Shown here: positions 31,979 through 41,954 of the stretch, piece after piece | Layout: every line of letters starts with the position of its first letter | Position numbering within the stretch: the stretch's first letter is position 1 | Source of the DNA: a virus | Length of the DNA: 64,000 bases | Strand: one strand, 5' to 3' | Virus record (IMG/VR): IMGVR_UViG_3300023184_004167 | Coordinates: 74,366-138,365 of that record | The notes under the pieces: generated by a model | Database searches by the model: none | What the model was told of the DNA's origin: nothing | What the model saw: only the letters and a program-made list of their open reading frames with translations | Translations under genes and position numbers: made by a program

Positions 31979-32098
31979 TATTATGTTGTTCTATTAATGA
32001 TTTATTTTATAGATAAATATTCATAACTAATGGAAAAAACTTTACTTTTATAAAACTATTTATATATAGTATGAAAAAATTCTGCTTATTTTCTATTT

Positions 32099-32266
32099 AT
32101 GTCACAAAACGATAACAAGGATATAAAAAATATTAAGATATCTGTAGAGTCTCACGCAATATTAAAAAAATATTGTGATAAGAGAGGTATTAAAATTTAT
32201 AAGTTTTTAGAGAACTTAATAATTGAAAAATGTAAAGAAAAAAAAGATATCTACGGGGAAGATTAA
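32099..32266 (+). CDS. Small ribbon-helix-helix-like DNA-binding protein (55 aa; below ORF-track cutoff)
   Basis: MSQNDNKDIKNIKISVESHAILKKYCDKRGIKIYKFLENLIIEKCKEKKDIYGED; beta strand plus two helices; own TATTTAT at 32057-32063. Confidence 0.7.
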   Translation: MSQNDNKDIKNIKISVESHAILKKYCDKRGIKIYKFLENLIIEKCKEKKDIYGED

Positions 32267-33303
32267 ACTAATGCGTTTCCAAATTTTAAAATAGATTCTA
32301 ATGTGTTGTCATTTTTAATAATATCTATTTGTAATAAGTCATTGGTATTAATTGGTATTGCCTGAATATCTGTACCATAATAGTCCCCATTAATATAAAC
32401 ATCATAAGAACTAATATTTTTAGAATAATCTACATTCATATTGATAGTGTAGTCCATATTTTTACTAAAAGAAGTCACACCAACAGCAAACGGAAAAGTT
32501 AATTCAAATAAATTTGCATTTTCAGGTTTTTTATCAGCCCTTCTTTTTCTTGTGGTTGTATCAAGTTCAAATACTTGCATTACCCTTGATATTGCGGGTT
32601 TAACTTGGAATTCTTCTTCATCTATCAGATAACCAAGCATTGTAAAATCATAGTTCTGTATATAATATTTTCTTTTATCAATATCCATAACAGACTCATC
32701 TGATATATTTGTTGAGATAATTGGAACATATTGTCCTTTAATGAAGGTATATGCTTGTCTTGAAGAAAATTTTTGTAGAACAACTTTGTTAAACAAATTA
32801 AGTTCTCTCATTCTATTACAAACTATTTTAACATTATAAACAATATCTACAGGTACGGGTTGTGGTATAGTATAAATGTCCATACCTTGTTGATTACCAT
32901 TCCAAGTTGGTACTTGAGCAAAGTAAAATTGTTTTCTATTTGGTATGGTATACATTAATGCCGGATTAGTTCCGTATTTTACTTCAGGTTGTCTTACAAC
33001 AGTAATGAATGGGGGTTTTGCATTTAAATCATTATCAACAAAGTTCCAAGTTTCAGTAAATTGAGCCCAATTTTGTGTTGTTAATATAATATCAACCATT
33101 GGAACAATTTTACCTTCAGATACAATAGATAAATCATTTTTAACAAAATCTAACATACCTCTATCTAAATCAGCGTGTAAAACCGACTTTGGTAGATAAG
33201 TCCCATCCTTTGTTATAAATTCCGCCAATTCTTGTCTACGGGCAGATAATTCCTTATCAGGAACCAAAGGAAGAGTTTTTTTAATTTGTTTAGGAAATGC
33301 CAT
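32263..33303 (-). CDS. Tail terminator / sheath stabilizer (T4 gp15-like)
   Basis: DLDRGMLDFV, PPFITVVR, IPQPVPVDIVYNVKI..MRELN, YDFTMLGYLID; position between neck and sheath genes. Confidence 0.7.
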   Translation of the reverse strand: MAFPKQIKKTLPLVPDKELSARRQELAEFITKDGTYLPKSVLHADLDRGMLDFVKNDLSIVSEGKIVPMVDIILTTQNWAQFTETWNFVDNDLNAKPPFITVVRQPEVKYGTNPALMYTIPNRKQFYFAQVPTWNGNQQGMDIYTIPQPVPVDIVYNVKIVCNRMRELNLFNKVVLQKFSSRQAYTFIKGQYVPIISTNISDESVMDIDKRKYYIQNYDFTMLGYLIDEEEFQVKPAISRVMQVFELDTTTRKRRADKKPENANLFELTFPFAVGVTSFSKNMDYTINMNVDYSKNISSYDVYINGDYYGTDIQAIPINTNDLLQIDIIKNDNTLESILKFGNALV

Positions 33304-33725
33304 TATTTTTGAATTACAAACAATTTATTTTTTGAATTTATCATATCAACCTCTTTCGCCTTAAAAACAGGTTCCTCCGTTTCTTTATAAACAAAACTAT
33401 TATGTTTATATGGGTTATACGTAACAACATCTACCATTGCTTCTTCAGGCATTTCATCACAAGGATATTGACAATAATCAATCAAATCACCAATTACAAA
33501 TGCATGAACATTTTTAGATTTTTCATCTCTAACTCTTTCATTTCCTCTTTGTCTAACTCTAAATTCAACATTTTTTAATTTTAAATAGTCGGCGTGTAAG
33601 ATTACTAAACCATTTTTTTGAACTGAGAATGTGTGTTTGTGTAAGTTATAGTATACCATAACCCTGTCTCCCAAAATTGAGTCAACCAACATTTTTTTCT
33701 GTGTTTCTGTTATTATTATTCTCAT
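33303..33725 (-). CDS. Conserved phage hypothetical protein
   Basis: MRIIITETQ leader; VYYNLHK..FSV, FRV..GNERVRDEKSKNVHAFVIG, TYNPYK. Confidence 0.65.
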   Translation of the reverse strand: MRIIITETQKKMLVDSILGDRVMVYYNLHKHTFSVQKNGLVILHADYLKLKNVEFRVRQRGNERVRDEKSKNVHAFVIGDLIDYCQYPCDEMPEEAMVDVVTYNPYKHNSFVYKETEEPVFKAKEVDMINSKNKLFVIQK

Positions 33726-34234
33726 ATTCCTTTAAAATCATTTTGACTAACGGGTGTTGCAACTATTGTTCTATAAAATGGTCTAATTCCTCCGTATGTG
33801 TGTTTATTATCTGAAACAACCCTACCATCATCGGAAACACTATAATATCTCACCTTATTTTCAGTTTCATAATACCCTATATAATCACCAAATAGTATGT
33901 CCACTTGTAAATCATCCAAAGTTTTTTGATAAATAGAGAAATTCATATTACCCGGTTCTTCTTGTCTCAATTTTGAACTACCTAATTTTTGATTGGTGGG
34001 GGCAACAATTTTAACCAAACCTTTTAATTCAACAGGGGGTAAAAACTTTTGTCCATCTTCAACAACCTCACCATAAACATCATCCGTTTTCGTTTTGTAT
34101 CTATCAACTCTATATAGGACAACAGTAAAGTTCATATCACCTTCAAGCCATTCTTGACCCATACTGATATCTAAAGCATAATCTTCTCCACCAAAAAATC
34201 TACCCAACCTTGTTATCGGAACTAATTTTTGCAT
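33722..34234 (-). CDS. Neck / head-closure protein (T4 gp14-like)
   Basis: VLYRVD...DDVYGE...FLPPVEL, GDYIGY; upstream of gp15-like gene. Confidence 0.7.
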   Translation of the reverse strand: MQKLVPITRLGRFFGGEDYALDISMGQEWLEGDMNFTVVLYRVDRYKTKTDDVYGEVVEDGQKFLPPVELKGLVKIVAPTNQKLGSSKLRQEEPGNMNFSIYQKTLDDLQVDILFGDYIGYYETENKVRYYSVSDDGRVVSDNKHTYGGIRPFYRTIVATPVSQNDFKGI

Positions 34235-34285
34235 ATTGATAAATATATAAATTATAACTATATTTAAGATAATTTTTATTCATTA

Positions 34286-36037
34286 ATGGAAATAAGCTTA
34301 GAATCAAAGGCATTAACTATTCTTGAAACTTACGAAGGGTCAAACAATCATATATTGGAACTTAAAAGAAAGTCCCAAATTAACAGAAAATTCTACCCAA
34401 CAAGAAGTCAATCGGAGTATATTATATCTAACCATACTAAACAACCAAAAGTTGCCAAGAAATGGGCAGTTCTTGATGCATACTTCGCTCAGAAGTTTGC
34501 TGATGATAAATTATATCCCATTGTTCCTGAAAAAGTTTATGTTGAAAAGATATTGGCGGAAAAAGAAAAGGCTTATCATATTTGGGGTAAGATGTTTGAA
34601 AAAGAAGAACTTCACGAATTTTGGTTACCAAAGGCCTCAATCATTAAAGACAATACAGTAAAGAATGTTGTTATTAACTATGAAAAATATTCCAATCGTC
34701 CCCCACTTGAACATCAAAAAGAAGCAATCCAAAAATTAGTTGAAAACAAAAGATTTATCCTTGCTGATGACATGGGATTGGGTAAGACAACTTCCACAAT
34801 TATTGCGGCGTTAGAGGCTGGTGCAAAAAAAATATTAATAATCTGTCCGGCGACCCTTAAAATAAATTGGAAGAGAGAAATTGAAAACTATTCCAACAAA
34901 GATGTTTTTATTGCGGAAAGTAAAACCTTTTCAACTGAGCATGATTTTGTGATAATAAACTATGATATAATAAAAAATTTCCACGATGTTAAAAATAAAG
35001 AAAATTCCGAAATTCTTAAGTCCAATTTTGATTTGGTTATTGTTGACGAAGCGCACTATATTAAAAATGCTCAAGCTCAGCGAACAAAATTAATAAATGA
35101 TTTTGTTAAAGATATTGATAGGTTGTGGTTATTAACGGGAACTCCGATGACATCTCGCCCCATTGATTATTATAATCTTTTAAGTTTGGTTGATTCACCA
35201 TCAGCAAAAAATTGGATGGCTTATGTTATTAGATATTGTGCTGGGTATCAATTTAAGGTTGGACCTAGAAAAATATGGAATGTAATGGGAGCCTCTAACT
35301 TGGAGGAACTAAGGGATAGAACATCAGGGACAATATTAAGAAGACTTAAAGAAGATGTATTAGATTTACCCGATAAAATTATTACCCCCGTTTATTTGAG
35401 ATTAAAATCAAAATTATATGAGGAATTAATGGGTGATTATTATAATTGGTATGAAAAAAACCCTGATGAATCAAAATCACTTACTGTTCAGTTTTCAAAA
35501 CTTACTAAAGTTAGACAAGTTATTGCAGATGAAAAAATTTTACATACCATTGAACTTGCTGAAAATATTATAGAACAAGATAAAAAAGTTATCATATTTT
35601 GTAATTTTACCGATTCATTAAATAAAATTGTTGAACACTTTGGTAAATCAGCCGTTAAACTTGATGGTTCAATGTCAAAACCAGAAAGACAAAGGAGTGT
35701 TGATGAGTTTCAAGATAACCCAAAGGTAAAAGTATTTGTTGGGAATATTAGGGCGGCCGGAGTAGGTATTACCTTAACAGCCGCTGAAGCGGTGATAATG
35801 AATGACTTATCTTTTCTTCCCTCAGACCACGCTCAATCCGAAGACAGGGCATATAGATATGGACAAAAAAATAATGTATTAGTTTACTACCCTATTTTTG
35901 AGAATAGTGTAGAGGGGGTTATATATGATATTATCAATGCAAAGAAACAAGTTATTGCAACAGTAATGGGGGATAATCAAAATATTGCTGACGCAGCAGA
36001 AGAAATTTTACAAAAAATAAACAATTTAAGAAATTAA
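34286..36037 (+). CDS. SNF2-family helicase (SMARCAL1/HARP-like)
   Basis: LADDMGLGKT, IVDEAHYIKN, LLTGTP, ILRRLKEDVL, GVGITLT, QSEDRAYRYGQ. Confidence 0.93.
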   Translation: MEISLESKALTILETYEGSNNHILELKRKSQINRKFYPTRSQSEYIISNHTKQPKVAKKWAVLDAYFAQKFADDKLYPIVPEKVYVEKILAEKEKAYHIWGKMFEKEELHEFWLPKASIIKDNTVKNVVINYEKYSNRPPLEHQKEAIQKLVENKRFILADDMGLGKTTSTIIAALEAGAKKILIICPATLKINWKREIENYSNKDVFIAESKTFSTEHDFVIINYDIIKNFHDVKNKENSEILKSNFDLVIVDEAHYIKNAQAQRTKLINDFVKDIDRLWLLTGTPMTSRPIDYYNLLSLVDSPSAKNWMAYVIRYCAGYQFKVGPRKIWNVMGASNLEELRDRTSGTILRRLKEDVLDLPDKIITPVYLRLKSKLYEELMGDYYNWYEKNPDESKSLTVQFSKLTKVRQVIADEKILHTIELAENIIEQDKKVIIFCNFTDSLNKIVEHFGKSAVKLDGSMSKPERQRSVDEFQDNPKVKVFVGNIRAAGVGITLTAAEAVIMNDLSFLPSDHAQSEDRAYRYGQKNNVLVYYPIFENSVEGVIYDIINAKKQVIATVMGDNQNIADAAEEILQKINNLRN

Positions 36038-36061
36038 TCTTTTTTGTAAATATTTATTAAT

Positions 36062-37180
36062 ATGTCAGTAATCCAAGAACCCGAAAGGTCAAAAATTTAT
36101 ACCCGAATTAAACACCTATTAGGTGCTCCTATTAGAAGTGTTGAAATTGAAGATGAAATGATGGATTCTTTAATGGAACTATCAATTCAAGATTATGAAC
36201 AATATATTCAAGATTGGTTGATTGAAACCAATTGGACTAACTTAGTCAATCTTGATATGAGTAAACAATCTGTCGCGAACGCCTTAATTACAAGGACGTT
36301 TGACTTTGAAAAACAATTTCAATTTGCATACTCTAAAATTGTGGGACTCCAAGCCGTTGGGCCTTGGACTCTTAAAAAAGATTTCATCACATTAGAAAAA
36401 AATGTTCAAACATATGAAATTCCTGCGGGAAGAGAAATTAATGAACTACTTTGGTTTGCTAATAACACCTCTTCATTATTTGGGCCATTCGGTATGATGG
36501 GTGGCGGATTTGACGGAGCAGGACTTGGCGCGAATCAAACGGGTTATGCTCAATTTGGTTCTCAAGGTTCTTTCTTTATGATGTCAGGGTTTGATTATTT
36601 GGTGAGAGCACAAGAAGCAAATATTCTTAATAGAATTTTAGGTGGTAGTTTAACATATAGGGTAACAGCATCACTTGATGGTAAAAAATTAATTCACCTT
36701 ATGAATACACCTGGTGGTAGATTTAACTGGTCAACATATAGTTCATATGTTGGTAGTAAAGTTTGGTATTGGTATTATGAGGTTGACGGAGCAGATAGAG
36801 ATAGTTGTTTGAGATTAAATCCCGATATTATTAGATTACCTTCAGATGTTCCATTAGATGCGTTATCTTGGCAAGATTTGAATGAACCCGCTCAACAATG
36901 GGTTAGAAGGTGGTTTACAGCATATGTTAAGGAAACTTTAGGAAGAGTTAGAGGAAAATATAGTGGTAATTTAAAGACACCCGACTCCGAAATTCAATTG
37001 GAATACCAAAGTTTACAAACTGAAGGTAAAGATGAAAAATTAAAACTTCTTGAAGAATTACAATTAAGATTAGAAAGACTCCGTCCTGAAAAGCAAATGG
37101 AGAAAGAAGCATTAATTGCTGAAAATTTAAATAAACAACTTAAGTTTAGAGCGTTCCAAAGACAAATATATGTAATTTAA
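36062..37180 (+). CDS. Neck protein / head-tail adaptor (T4 gp13-like)
   Basis: LLGAPIRSVEI, WVRRWFTAYVKETLGRVRGKYSG, LQTEGKDEK. Confidence 0.8.
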   Translation: MSVIQEPERSKIYTRIKHLLGAPIRSVEIEDEMMDSLMELSIQDYEQYIQDWLIETNWTNLVNLDMSKQSVANALITRTFDFEKQFQFAYSKIVGLQAVGPWTLKKDFITLEKNVQTYEIPAGREINELLWFANNTSSLFGPFGMMGGGFDGAGLGANQTGYAQFGSQGSFFMMSGFDYLVRAQEANILNRILGGSLTYRVTASLDGKKLIHLMNTPGGRFNWSTYSSYVGSKVWYWYYEVDGADRDSCLRLNPDIIRLPSDVPLDALSWQDLNEPAQQWVRRWFTAYVKETLGRVRGKYSGNLKTPDSEIQLEYQSLQTEGKDEKLKLLEELQLRLERLRPEKQMEKEALIAENLNKQLKFRAFQRQIYVI

Positions 37181-37214
37181 TTTACTAATTAAATTATATT
37201 AATATAATACATAT

Positions 37215-37550
37215 ATGCCAATCATTAAATCAATACCCATACAGAGAAGAATCAATGGGTTAGTTGTTAATACATCCGAAGTATCCATTGTTTCTGAAAG
37301 AGAATATAAAACAATGGGTGAAGAATGTATTATTGTTAAAGGTTTATTTGAGGCCACAATATATTTAGATTCTTCAACAACAGAACACATTGTAATCAAA
37401 GCATTAATCCAAACAATTATTAAACCACTTGTTGGTAAAATTGATGAACAATATGATGAAATCTTTGCTGACAAAGGTTCTTGTATTGAATTCAGATTCT
37501 GTGAAGGAAACTGGTATATTTTAAGTTCTGATGGATTGAAATCCTCTTAA
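37215..37550 (+). CDS. Small beta-rich virion-associated protein
   Basis: 111 aa, beta-strand pattern ending GSCIEFRFCEGNWYILS. Confidence 0.55.
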   Translation: MPIIKSIPIQRRINGLVVNTSEVSIVSEREYKTMGEECIIVKGLFEATIYLDSSTTEHIVIKALIQTIIKPLVGKIDEQYDEIFADKGSCIEFRFCEGNWYILSSDGLKSS

Positions 37551-40249
37551 ACTTTATCTTCCCACCCTTCTTCAGCAAACTCATAGATATAGTTAGGTTC
37601 AATACCTCTTCTTTCCCAAAACTTTAATTCGGCTTCAGTAATAGTTAATAAGTCCTCAACACTATCTTGGTCTTGTGGTTCAAATGGAATACCATTAATT
37701 AATTCACATTGTGATGTTGTAAATATCCCTCTTTGTTCTGGGTCTGTAACCAATAAACTATCTCTAACTTCTTGGTTAAATACAATTAACAACGGCTCAA
37801 TTTTTTTGTTAAAAGTTGATATTGCTCTTGGAACATTATATTCACCAGTTAATTCAGGATTCTTTTCAATATCTGCCGGATTTAATAAATAACAATTTAT
37901 CTGAACTCCGTCACCTTTCTTTTGAACATCTCCGTGTGATGCCTTAATACCATTATTAACATAAGTTATAACATCACCAAGATTAACATTTAAATTATTT
38001 TGAATTGATAATTCCATGTGTGCCATTCTACTCATACTATTACCTGCCTTAGTTTTAGTTGATAATCTCTTCTTATAGTCATCAAGACTTAACTTAACTT
38101 TAGCTCTTTGGGCAATCTTACTTAATGGAATTTGTTTATCAAATATCTTTTGTAGGTATTCATAGTAATGTTCAACAAACTCTTTACCCTTACCTTCTAA
38201 TAATAATTTAATTGCTTTATCCAAGTATTCTTCAATATAAAGGGGGAGTTTTTTACTCTTAATGGAATTACCTGTAAGTTTAATCTTACCATTTGATTCC
38301 ATAACCGCATAGTTTTTTCTTGATAAGTTAATACAACTATCCCAAGTACCATCACAATCTAATGCCATCTCACCTCTTTGGAATATGTCATTGAATTCGG
38401 CAACATCCGCATAATAACCCGTGTATTCTTTACCCTCCTTAACTTTCCAATTTAAACCTTTACCGACATACTTCCTTATTTCAACACCATCCGGTATTGA
38501 GAAGTTCATACCATCCGTATCGCACACAAGTGGGGTATATCCCTTCTTTGTGAAAAATCTTAACATCTGACGTAGGTATTGTCTACCAGTACAAGTTATC
38601 TGTTCACCCATATACATATCACCCCAAGCAAACACCTGTGGTGCTGATAATGCTCCGAACATGGAATTTATAAATATTTTAATCGGAAGTTGCTTGTTTG
38701 AATAAGATGCAGATTTTGATGGGTCTGACTCATAATGTTCCTCGGCAAGTTGTTTGTATTTAATACGGGTATCACGGAAATACTTTAACATCCCTTTCAT
38801 TGCACCCGTTACATCGCAAGTTGGGAACACATCGTGAACCAATTGTATTGACGGATAAAGAGAACTAAAATCCAATTTCAATACATTCTTTGAGAACCCC
38901 ACCATTAATAATCTTGATAGTCCACCCACAAAGTCTGTCTTACTTTCTTTTGCCGGAATCGCCAACTTATGTTTATAACTCCAAGCCAACATTAACATCT
39001 TCCATAAGGTTGCGGTTCCCATTGTTGAAACCCTCTCATATGTTGTTGGAATCATTGCCGCAAGCAAGAATGAACCCTGATTAAATTCTTGGTCAACAAG
39101 TAATGTTTCATCCAAATCATCTTCAAGATATAACTCAACCAATCTATCTCCCGTTACTTTCTTATAAACACCAGGAAACTTAACATCCAAGTCTTGGTAG
39201 TCAGCAGATTTCTTATATTTTCCGTTTGTTGTGTTTAACCAATATTCTTCTTTATTAAGAAATAATTTACCAATGTCGGTATGTTCAATATAAACCCTAT
39301 CCGCGGCTTCAGCCTTAATGTATTTTGTAATATATTTCAAACCAGCACTCTTAATACTTGAATTGATTGCCTGTGCTCTACGAACAGAATGGATAATATC
39401 AATCACATTATAACCCCATATTTGTGTCTGTTGAAACTCTTCCACCTCATTGGCAAGTTTTAACATACTACTCTTTTGATTTATAGAATGGTCAGGATGG
39501 AGGGAACGACAAATCTTTTTAATAGATAACCCAAGAATCTTACATCTTTCAAATATCCAAAACCAATCAAAGTTTGCAGAATTATAACCACCAATTATAC
39601 TTGGTTTGAGTTCATCAATAACCCTAAAGAATTCTATGATTGCACCCCTTTCTTGAGTTTCATCAATACATTCAATAACTCTATTATATCCTTTATTGGT
39701 TTTAATCCCAATCATAAATATTCTACCCTGAGATGGTTCTAATGATGTTGTCTCCAAATCAAATACAAGTCTGGTTACTTCATTGTAATTCTCATATCCC
39801 TTGAATAGTCGTTTTTCTCTTGAAATAAGGTATTGCTCAACGGGGGGTAGTATCTGTATCTTATCTTTTGCTTTGTCTCCCCAGGGGTCTAATTGTCCGT
39901 CTCTGAAGAATTGTATCAATTCCCTATATCCTTTTAAAGATTTAACCATAAATGTTAAACCTTTTTCTAATCTTTCATTACCATTTGTTTCTAATTTTTC
40001 TATGACAATACCATATTTGGACATCGCCTCTTTCTGCAAAGCCTTGGAGTTTTGATAGAAATTTAAATTACGTAAATCACCCACCCAAGCAAATGGGGTA
40101 AAGGTGTCTTTTCTTATTTCTTTTCCTTTTCCGGGGATTTCTTTAATCTTATAGATGGAGTTGCTCGCGTAGTCATACTCTATTGCAGTTATAAATTCTT
40201 CTGGGTCTCCTCCGTGTAAGAAGGACTCAATTTCTTGGTTGTCAATCAT
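37547..40249 (-). CDS. polB: DNA polymerase family B with 3'-5' exonuclease
   Basis: ExoI FDLETT, ExoII YNSANFD, motif A LDFSSLYPS, motif B KIFINSMFG, motif C DTDG; no intein or intron seen. Confidence 0.96.
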   Translation of the reverse strand: MIDNQEIESFLHGGDPEEFITAIEYDYASNSIYKIKEIPGKGKEIRKDTFTPFAWVGDLRNLNFYQNSKALQKEAMSKYGIVIEKLETNGNERLEKGLTFMVKSLKGYRELIQFFRDGQLDPWGDKAKDKIQILPPVEQYLISREKRLFKGYENYNEVTRLVFDLETTSLEPSQGRIFMIGIKTNKGYNRVIECIDETQERGAIIEFFRVIDELKPSIIGGYNSANFDWFWIFERCKILGLSIKKICRSLHPDHSINQKSSMLKLANEVEEFQQTQIWGYNVIDIIHSVRRAQAINSSIKSAGLKYITKYIKAEAADRVYIEHTDIGKLFLNKEEYWLNTTNGKYKKSADYQDLDVKFPGVYKKVTGDRLVELYLEDDLDETLLVDQEFNQGSFLLAAMIPTTYERVSTMGTATLWKMLMLAWSYKHKLAIPAKESKTDFVGGLSRLLMVGFSKNVLKLDFSSLYPSIQLVHDVFPTCDVTGAMKGMLKYFRDTRIKYKQLAEEHYESDPSKSASYSNKQLPIKIFINSMFGALSAPQVFAWGDMYMGEQITCTGRQYLRQMLRFFTKKGYTPLVCDTDGMNFSIPDGVEIRKYVGKGLNWKVKEGKEYTGYYADVAEFNDIFQRGEMALDCDGTWDSCINLSRKNYAVMESNGKIKLTGNSIKSKKLPLYIEEYLDKAIKLLLEGKGKEFVEHYYEYLQKIFDKQIPLSKIAQRAKVKLSLDDYKKRLSTKTKAGNSMSRMAHMELSIQNNLNVNLGDVITYVNNGIKASHGDVQKKGDGVQINCYLLNPADIEKNPELTGEYNVPRAISTFNKKIEPLLIVFNQEVRDSLLVTDPEQRGIFTTSQCELINGIPFEPQDQDSVEDLLTITEAELKFWERRGIEPNYIYEFAEEGWEDKV

Positions 40250-40260
40250 ATTTTAATTAA

Positions 40261-40305
40261 GAGTGGGATATTAGCTTTCACAACATTGTGAAGTTTGCCT
40301 TACTC
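40261..40305 (-). promoter_or_regulatory. Structured 5' leader of polB (candidate translational operator)
   Basis: RNA GAGU-AA-GGC-AAAC-UUCACA-AUGU-UGUGAA-A-GCU-AAUAUCCC-ACUC can form nested stems ending 11 nt before ATG. Confidence 0.5.
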
Positions 40306-40315
40306 ATTACCTATA

Positions 40316-40344
40316 AATATAATTAACTAAACTTGATTAGTCAA
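40316..40344 (-). promoter_or_regulatory. Sigma70-type promoter for polB
   Basis: Minus strand TTGACT-N17-TATATT(TAT). Confidence 0.7.
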
Positions 40345-40352
40345 AATCAATT

Positions 40353-40691
40353 TTATTTTTTAAAAAATTTACTTATATCTAAACTTTTTAAATATTCTTC
40401 TTTTTTACTTACTCTATTATTCATTATAGATTGCAATTTTGGTGATATATTTTTTCTTGGTTTCATTGCAGATAGCAGAGCCCTTTCTTCATCAGACATT
40501 GGTTTACCTTTTTGCGGATTAATAATTTCCTTTAATTGTTCTGGTAAAAACACACCATTTAATGCCGTTTTAGCTGTTTCACACTCTAAGTATGTCATTT
40601 CAAACGCATCTTTAATATCATCAACCCACGTTTCAGTTTCAACTGATTTAAGGTATTTATTATCTGTTGTTCTTTTTATTATCTTTATCAT
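40353..40691 (-). CDS. Hypothetical protein
   Basis: 112-aa ORF in co-directional run. Confidence 0.6.
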   Translation of the reverse strand: MIKIIKRTTDNKYLKSVETETWVDDIKDAFEMTYLECETAKTALNGVFLPEQLKEIINPQKGKPMSDEERALLSAMKPRKNISPKLQSIMNNRVSKKEEYLKSLDISKFFKK

Positions 40692-40711
40692 AATTTTATT
40701 TTTTTATTGAT

Positions 40712-41932
40712 TTAAAGGTCACTATAAACTAAAAATGTTAATTCACCCGTACAAAATAAGTTTTTGATATCTTTTGACATTCTCATTATAATACCGCCTG
40801 GCCCACCCTCAGAGAATGATATATCATACATTTTGCTTTGTGGGTCATTATTTAACAATGTTATTAATTCAGACATGTTATTAACAGTAGATGTGTTGTC
40901 AGCATAAATACTTGTTAAATAACTACCATTACAAAATAACGCCAAGCTCACATAATTAAAAGGAAAAGAATCATCAAGTGCCCCATATATATCAAGATAT
41001 TCTTTTTTAAATTGTATTTGAATAGGTGTAAAGTATAGTAAGTTATCTAAATACGCAGGGCCTGGACCTGCACACACATCAGTGACAGTTAAATATAAAG
41101 AATCATTAGGTAAATAATCATAACCAACACCAATTGTTAAAAGTGGTGAAAAAGGACAACCAAAAAAATCAAAAGGATATACCGATTGAGCATTTGTATA
41201 TATGTCATTTCTTGGAAATTCATTAAAGTATGTAAAAGGAATGTCAGAACGATACCCAATATAATAACCAACATCATCATGAATCCAATCAATATCAAAC
41301 CCTAGTGAATTTTCTAAAACACGGGAAACAATATCACCACCTGACACTAATTGAGAACCTTCCCCCCAATACGATGGTACATCACCAGTTGCAATAAACA
41401 CACATCCCGTTTCAGTGGGTGTTAAATCAGTAACAGTAATTGTTATATTATTTTCAGGAGTACTACCACTAAGTTCAGTTCCTAATATTGTTATTGTGTC
41501 TCCCACAACATAATCAACTCCACTAGTTACAACACTAATTGAAATATATGTCGTTCCGCACCAATAAACATCAAAAGATGCCCCACTACCCAAACCACTT
41601 GTTGTTCCTGTAACACCAGTAAATGCTGCGTAACCTACCCCTGGGGCGGTCCCAACATAATCAAAATTAAGAGTTCCCCCACTTATAATATCAGCAACAT
41701 TATAAAAATTATCATCGCTCACATAATTTGTAATAGTATATGTTTCACCAATTATTAATTGACCACCAAAGTCATCTATACTAGTTCCTGTAATTGAACC
41801 TGTTTGACTTAATAACGCTTTATAAGTACCTACACTATTTGTTGAACCCGTAACAATTATATTTCCATTAATTGTCAAATCACCCGTTATGGTTTGTCCT
41901 GTTAAATTATTTACAATGTATTTTGTTCCCAT
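40712..41932 (-). CDS. Virion / tail-fiber-associated protein
   Basis: ITGDLTINGNIIVTG fiber-type N-terminus; YKALLSQTG; GSGASFDV..SGVDYVVGDTITILG module; shares a module with the 1207-aa fiber. Confidence 0.65.
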   Translation of the reverse strand: MGTKYIVNNLTGQTITGDLTINGNIIVTGSTNSVGTYKALLSQTGSITGTSIDDFGGQLIIGETYTITNYVSDDNFYNVADIISGGTLNFDYVGTAPGVGYAAFTGVTGTTSGLGSGASFDVYWCGTTYISISVVTSGVDYVVGDTITILGTELSGSTPENNITITVTDLTPTETGCVFIATGDVPSYWGEGSQLVSGGDIVSRVLENSLGFDIDWIHDDVGYYIGYRSDIPFTYFNEFPRNDIYTNAQSVYPFDFFGCPFSPLLTIGVGYDYLPNDSLYLTVTDVCAGPGPAYLDNLLYFTPIQIQFKKEYLDIYGALDDSFPFNYVSLALFCNGSYLTSIYADNTSTVNNMSELITLLNNDPQSKMYDISFSEGGPGGIIMRMSKDIKNLFCTGELTFLVYSDL

Positions 41933-41954
41933 TTTTCTTTATTTAATAAATATT

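Noticed and set aside
3620-40249. Inteins, introns or homing endonucleases in RNR, helicases or PolB
   Set aside because: Protein sizes and motif spacing are normal; no splice-junction, LAGLIDADG or HNH motifs seen.
40261-40305. c-di-GMP-I riboswitch (GGCAAAC), or Rex/NrdR box, in the polB leader
   Set aside because: Lacks the GNRA loop, GACGCAAAG and second hairpin of c-di-GMP-I; palindrome orientation and spacing differ from Rex and NrdR consensus. Kept only as an unclassified structure.
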